A stretch of 64,000 bases of DNA from Macrostomum lignano (lineage: Eukaryota). Below the pieces are notes generated by a model, which saw nothing but the letters and a program-made list of their open reading frames with translations, searched no databases and was not told the DNA's origin. Below, piece by piece: positions 59,401 to 64,000 of this stretch. Location of the stretch: positions 62,001 through 126,000 of the forward strand of contig NIVC01001380.1 of NCBI GenBank assembly GCA_002269645.1. Reading direction: 5' to 3'. Every line of letters begins with the position of its first letter. Positions within the stretch are counted from its first letter, which is position 1. The position numbers and the translations under genes were made by a program.

Positions 59401-62400
59401 CTAATCTGCCCTCTAATCCACCTCTGATCTGCCCTCTAATCCGCCCTCTAATCCGCCCTCTAATCCGCCCCTAATCTACCCTCTAATCCGCCCCTGATCT
59501 GCCCTCTAATCCGCCCCTGATCTGCCCTCTAATTCGCCCCTAATCTGCCCTCTAATCTGCACTCTAATCTGCCCTCTAATCCGCCCATAATCTGCCCTCT
59601 AATCCGCCCTCTAATCCGCCCCTGATCTGCCCTCTAATCTGCCCTCTAATCCGCCCTCTAATCCGCCCCTAATCTGCCCTCTAATCCGCCCCTGATCTGC
59701 CCTCTAATCCGCCCTCTAATCCGCCCCTAATCTGCCCTCTAATCCGCCCTCTAATCCGCCCTCTAATCCGCCCCTAATCTGCCCTCTAATCCGCCCTCTA
59801 ATCCGCCTCTGATCTGCCCTCTAATCCGCCCCTGATCTGCCCTCTAATCCGCCCCTGATCTGCTCTCTAATTCGCCCCTAATCTGCCCTCTAATCCGCCT
59901 CTGATCTGCCCTCTAATCCGCCCCTGATCTGTCCTCTAATCTGCCCTCTAATCTGCCCTCTAATTCGTTCCTGATCTGCCCTCTAATTCGTTCCTGATCT
60001 GCCCTCTAATTCGTTCCTGATCTGCCCTCTAATTCGCCCCTGATCTGCCCTCTTATCCGCCCTCTAATCCGCCCCTAATCTGCCCTCTAATCCGCCCCTA
60101 ATCCGCCCTCTAATCCGCCCCTAATCTGCCCTCTAATCCGCCCTCTAATCCGCCCCTGATCTGCCCTCTAATCCGCCCCTGATCTGCCCTCTAATTCGCC
60201 CCTAATCTGCCCTCTAATCCGCCTCTGATCTGCCCTCTAATCCGCCCCTGATCTGCCCTCTAATCTGCCCTCTAATCTGCCCTCTAATTCGTTCCTGATC
60301 TGCCCTCTAATTCGTTCCTGATCTGCCCTCTAATTCGCCCCTGATCTGCCCTCTAATTCGCCCCTAATCTGCCCTCTAACTCGTTCCTGATCTGCCCTCT
60401 AATTCGCCCCTGATCTGCCCTCTAATCCGCCCTCTAATCCGCCCCTAATCTGCCCTCTAATCCGCCTCTGATCTGCTCTCTAATCCGCCCCTGATCTGCC
60501 CTCTAATCCGCCCCTAATCTGCTCTCTAATCCGCCCCTGATCTGCCCTCTAATCCGCCCCTGATCTGCCCTCTAATCTGCCCTCTAATCCACCTCTGATC
60601 TGCCCTCTAATCCGCCCCTGATCTGCCCTCTAATCCGCCCCTGATCTGCCCTCTAATCCGCCCCTGATCTGCCCTCTAATCTGCCCTCTAATCCACCTCT
60701 GATCTGCCCTCTAATCCGCCCTCTAATCCGCCCCTAATCTGCCCTCTAATCCGCCCCTGATCTGCCCTCTAATCCGCCCCTGATCTGCCCTCTAATCTGC
60801 CCTCTAATCCACCTCTGATCTGCCCTCTAATCCGCCCTCTAATCCGCCCCTAATCTACCCTCTAATCCGCCCCTGATCTGCCCTCTAATCCGCCCCTGAT
60901 CTGCCCTCTAATTCGCCCCTAATCTGCCCTCTAATCTGCACTCTAATCTGCCCTCTAATCCGCCCATAATCTGCCCTCTAATCCGCCCTCTAATCCGCCC
61001 CTGATCTGCCCTCTAATCTGCCCTCTAATCCACCCTCTAATCGGCCCCTAATCTGCCCTCTAATCCGCCCTCTAATCCGCCCTCTAATCCGCCCCTAATC
61101 TGCCCTCTAATCCGCCCTCTAATCCGCCTCTGATCTGCCCTCTAATCTGCCCTCTAATCTGCCCTCTAATTCGTTCCTGATCTGCCCTCTAATCCGCCCC
61201 TGATCTGCCCTCTAATCCGCCCTCTAATCCGCCCCTAATCTGCCCTCTAATCTGCCCTCTAATCCGCCCTCTAATCCGCCCTCTAATCCGCCCCTAATCT
61301 GCCCTCTAATCCGCCCTCTAATCCGCCCCTGATCTGCCCTCTAATCTGCCCTCTAATCTGCCCTCTAATTCGTTCCTGATCTGCCCTCTAATCCGCCCCT
61401 GATCTGCCCTCTAATCCGCCCTCTAATCCGCCCCTAATCTGCCCTCTAATCTGCCCTCTAATCCGCCCTCTAATCCGCCCTCTAATCCGCCCCTAATCTG
61501 CCCTCTAATCCGCCCTCTAATCCGCCTCTGATCTGCCCTCTAATCCGCCCCTGATCTGCCCTCTAATCCGCCCCTGATCTGCTCTCTAATTCGCCCCTAA
61601 TCTGCCCTCTAATCCGCCTCTGATCTGCCCTCTAATCTGCCCTCTAATTCGTTCCTGATCTGCCCTCTAATTCGTTCCTGATCTGCCCTCTAATTCGTTC
61701 CTGATCTGCCCTCTAATTCGCCTCTGATCTGCCCTCTAATTCGCCCCTAATCTGCCCTCTAACTCGTTCCTGATCTGCCCTCTAATTCGCCCCTGATCTG
61801 CCCTCTAATCCGCCCTTTAATCCGCCCCTAATCTGCCCTCTAATCCGCCCCTAATCTGCCCTCTAATCCGCCTCTGATCTGCCCTCTAATCCGCCCCTAA
61901 TCTGCCCTCTAATCCGCCTCTGATCTGCTCTCTAATCCGCCCCTGATTTGCCCTTTAAGCCGCCCTCTAGTCCGCCCATGTTCCACCCTATATTCCTTCC
62001 CTGTTCCGCTCTTATATTCTGCCTGATATGTCCTCTAATCCGCCCCCAATCCGCCCTATATTCCGCCCAACCCGCCACCGAATCCGCCCCTCTTCAGACC
62101 TGTTTCTCACCCAACCGCTCCCAAATCCGCCCCTCTACAAACCTGTCTCTCACCCAACCGCTCCCAAATCCGCCCCTCTACAAACCTGTCTCTCACCCAA
62201 CCGCTCCCAAATCCGCCCCTCTACAAACCTGTCTCTCACCCAACCGCTCCCAAATCCGCCCCTCTACAAACCTGTCTCTCACCCAACCGCTCCCAAATCC
62301 GCCCCTCTACAAACCTGTCTCTCACCCAACCGCTCCCAAATCCGCCCCGCCCCGTGTCGGCCAATCCCGCAGTCCGAGTTGCGCGCCAGACGCGCCGAAG

Positions 62401-63935
62401 CGCAGGACCGCCTGGCCGCCGTCAGCGCCGAGGTTGACGAGCTCCGCGCCGAGCGCGCCGACATGGAGCGGCGCCTCGGCCGAGCCGGGGCCGAGTTGGA
62501 CGCCCTGGCCGCCGTGGGCGAAGAGCAGCGGGCGCGGCTGGAGGCCCGGCTGGCCGAGCTCACCGACACGGCGGCCGACTTGCGCGAGCGCCTCGCCGCC
62601 AGCCTGGCCAGCCAGCGGCGACAGCAGATGGAGCTGGTGAGGGAGTTGATGCTCGGGTGTTTGGATAATTTTAATCTTTAATTCCTCTGTGGTACTTGGC
62701 TTCACTGATTCCACATCCTGATCCCAGATTCTGAATTCCCACATCCTCAGTTGCTTGGGTCATTATCCTCAAATCCCAGATCCCACATCCTCAAATCCTA
62801 GATCCCACATTCTCAAATCCCAGATCCCATATCCTCAAATCCTAGATCCCACATCCTCAAATCCCAGATCCCATATCCTCAAATCCTAGATCCCACATCC
62901 TCAAATGCCAGATCCCATATCCTCAAATCCCAGATCCCATATCCTCAAATCCCAGATCCCACATCCTCAAATCCCAGATCCCACATCCTCAAATTCCAGA
63001 TCCCGCATCCGCAAATCCTAGATCCCACATCCTCAAATTCCAGATCCCGCATCCGCAAATCCTAGATCCCACATCCTCAAATTCCAGATCCCACATCCTC
63101 AAATCCCAGATCCCACATCCTCAAATGCCAGATCCCACAACCTCAAATTCCAGATCCCATATCCTCAAATCCTAGATCCCACATCCTCAAATCCCAGATC
63201 CCACATCCTCAAATCCCAGATCCCACATCCTCAAATTCCAGATCCCGCATCCGCAAATCCTAGATCCCACATCCTCAAATTCCAGATCCCACATCCTCAA
63301 ATCCCAGATCCCACATCCTCAAATCCCAGATCCCATATCCTCAAATACCAGATCCCACTTCCTCAAATCCCAGATCCCACATCCTCAAATCCCAGATCCC
63401 ACATCCTCAAATCCCAGATCCCATATCCTCAAATACCAGATCCCACTTTCTCAAATACCAGATCCCACTTCCTCAAATCCCAGATCCCACATCCTCAAAT
63501 CCCAGATCCCACATCCTCAAATTCCAGATCCCACATCCTCAAATGCCAGATCCCACTTCCTCAAATACCAGATCCCACTTCCTCAAATCCCAGATCCCAC
63601 ATCCTCAAATTCCAGATCCCACATCCTCAAATGCCAGATCCCATATCCTCAAATCCCAGATCCCACATCCTCAAATGCCAGATCCCGCATCCGCAAATCC
63701 TAGATTTCACATCCTCAAATCCCAATTTTCATATCCTCAAATCCCAGATCCCACATCCTCAAATGCCAGATCCCATATCCGCAAAACCCAAATCTTCAAA
63801 TCCCAAATACTCAAATCCCAGGTCCCACATCCTTAAATCCCAAATCCCAAGTCCTCAAAACCCAAATCTTTAAATCCCAGATCCCATATCCTCAAATGCC
63901 AGATCTCACATTCTCATAGGCCGAGGAGCAGCTGT

Positions 63936-63966
<31 letters not shown>

Positions 63967-64000
63967 AAGCATGATAACTTCGCCATCGACTCCCTCATCT
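56425..64000 (+). CDS. BICDL1: BICD-family-like (BICDL1/BICDR) coiled-coil dynein cargo adaptor, 5' part. Exons 56425-56692, 57335-57564, 58255-58380, 62373-62636, 63920 to the window end.
   Basis: LRQKEQDLLLAAELGRALL contains the CC1-box AAxxG. It is followed by EREKADLR..EQDWDAQLRDLQ and heptad coiled coil, with in-phase GT-AG junctions. Confidence 0.8.
56720..57330. repeat. ~24-bp degenerate minisatellite, BICDL1 intron 1
   Basis: Unit ~GCTCATCTATGACCTCATTTTGTA. Confidence 0.88.
57650..58165. repeat. 21-bp minisatellite, BICDL1 intron 2
   Basis: Unit TGTGAGATTCTCAATGAGATA. Confidence 0.92.
58605..61975. repeat. 3.4-kb satellite of 11/12-bp subunits (23-bp dimer CTAATCCGCCCCTGATCTGCCCT), BICDL1 intron 3
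   Basis: Seen directly. Confidence 0.97.
62095..62348. repeat. 43-bp minisatellite (~6 copies) abutting the BICDL1 exon 4 acceptor
   Basis: Unit CTGTCTCTCACCCAACCGCTCCCAAATCCGCCCCTCTACAAAC. Confidence 0.93.
62760..63905. repeat. 22-bp minisatellite (~50 copies), BICDL1 intron 4
   Basis: Unit ATCCTCAAATCCCAGATCCCAC. Confidence 0.95.

Overview
Eukaryotic (metazoan) genomic DNA, not prokaryotic. It has GT-AG spliced genes, GC-rich exons and introns packed with minisatellites and TE relics. The style resembles a free-living flatworm such as Macrostomum, but the species cannot be proven from the sequence. Eight protein-coding genes were reconstructed by hand from splice sites, phase compatibility and family motifs: (1) the 3' part of a furin-like proprotein convertase; (2) an inversin-like ankyrin+IQ gene; (3) TRMT44; (4) an MFSD4-like MFS transporter; (5) an intronless, divergent TTLL enzyme; (6) a minus-strand plastin/fimbrin-like gene; (7) an FN3-repeat type I receptor; (8) the 5' part of a BICDL1-like dynein adaptor. 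The 8.7-kb intron 2 of TRMT44 holds an internally deleted P element (TIRs, 8-bp TSD, THAP remnant), a decayed antisense PWWP gene, a mariner fragment and a CORE-type SINE split by a solo LTR. The most unusual item is the plastin-like gene. Exact splice phases join its CH domains to a ~600-aa tail of (Gly-Ala-Lys)n blocks alternating with acidic blocks, an architecture I do not recognise. Other highlights are an MFS transporter with a ~280-aa mucin-like loop carrying an RVRR site, a TTLL lacking two conserved active-site residues, related minisatellites in inverted orientation flanking one exon, and two probable 1-bp homopolymer frameshifts. No database searches were run; all homologies come from recalled family motifs.
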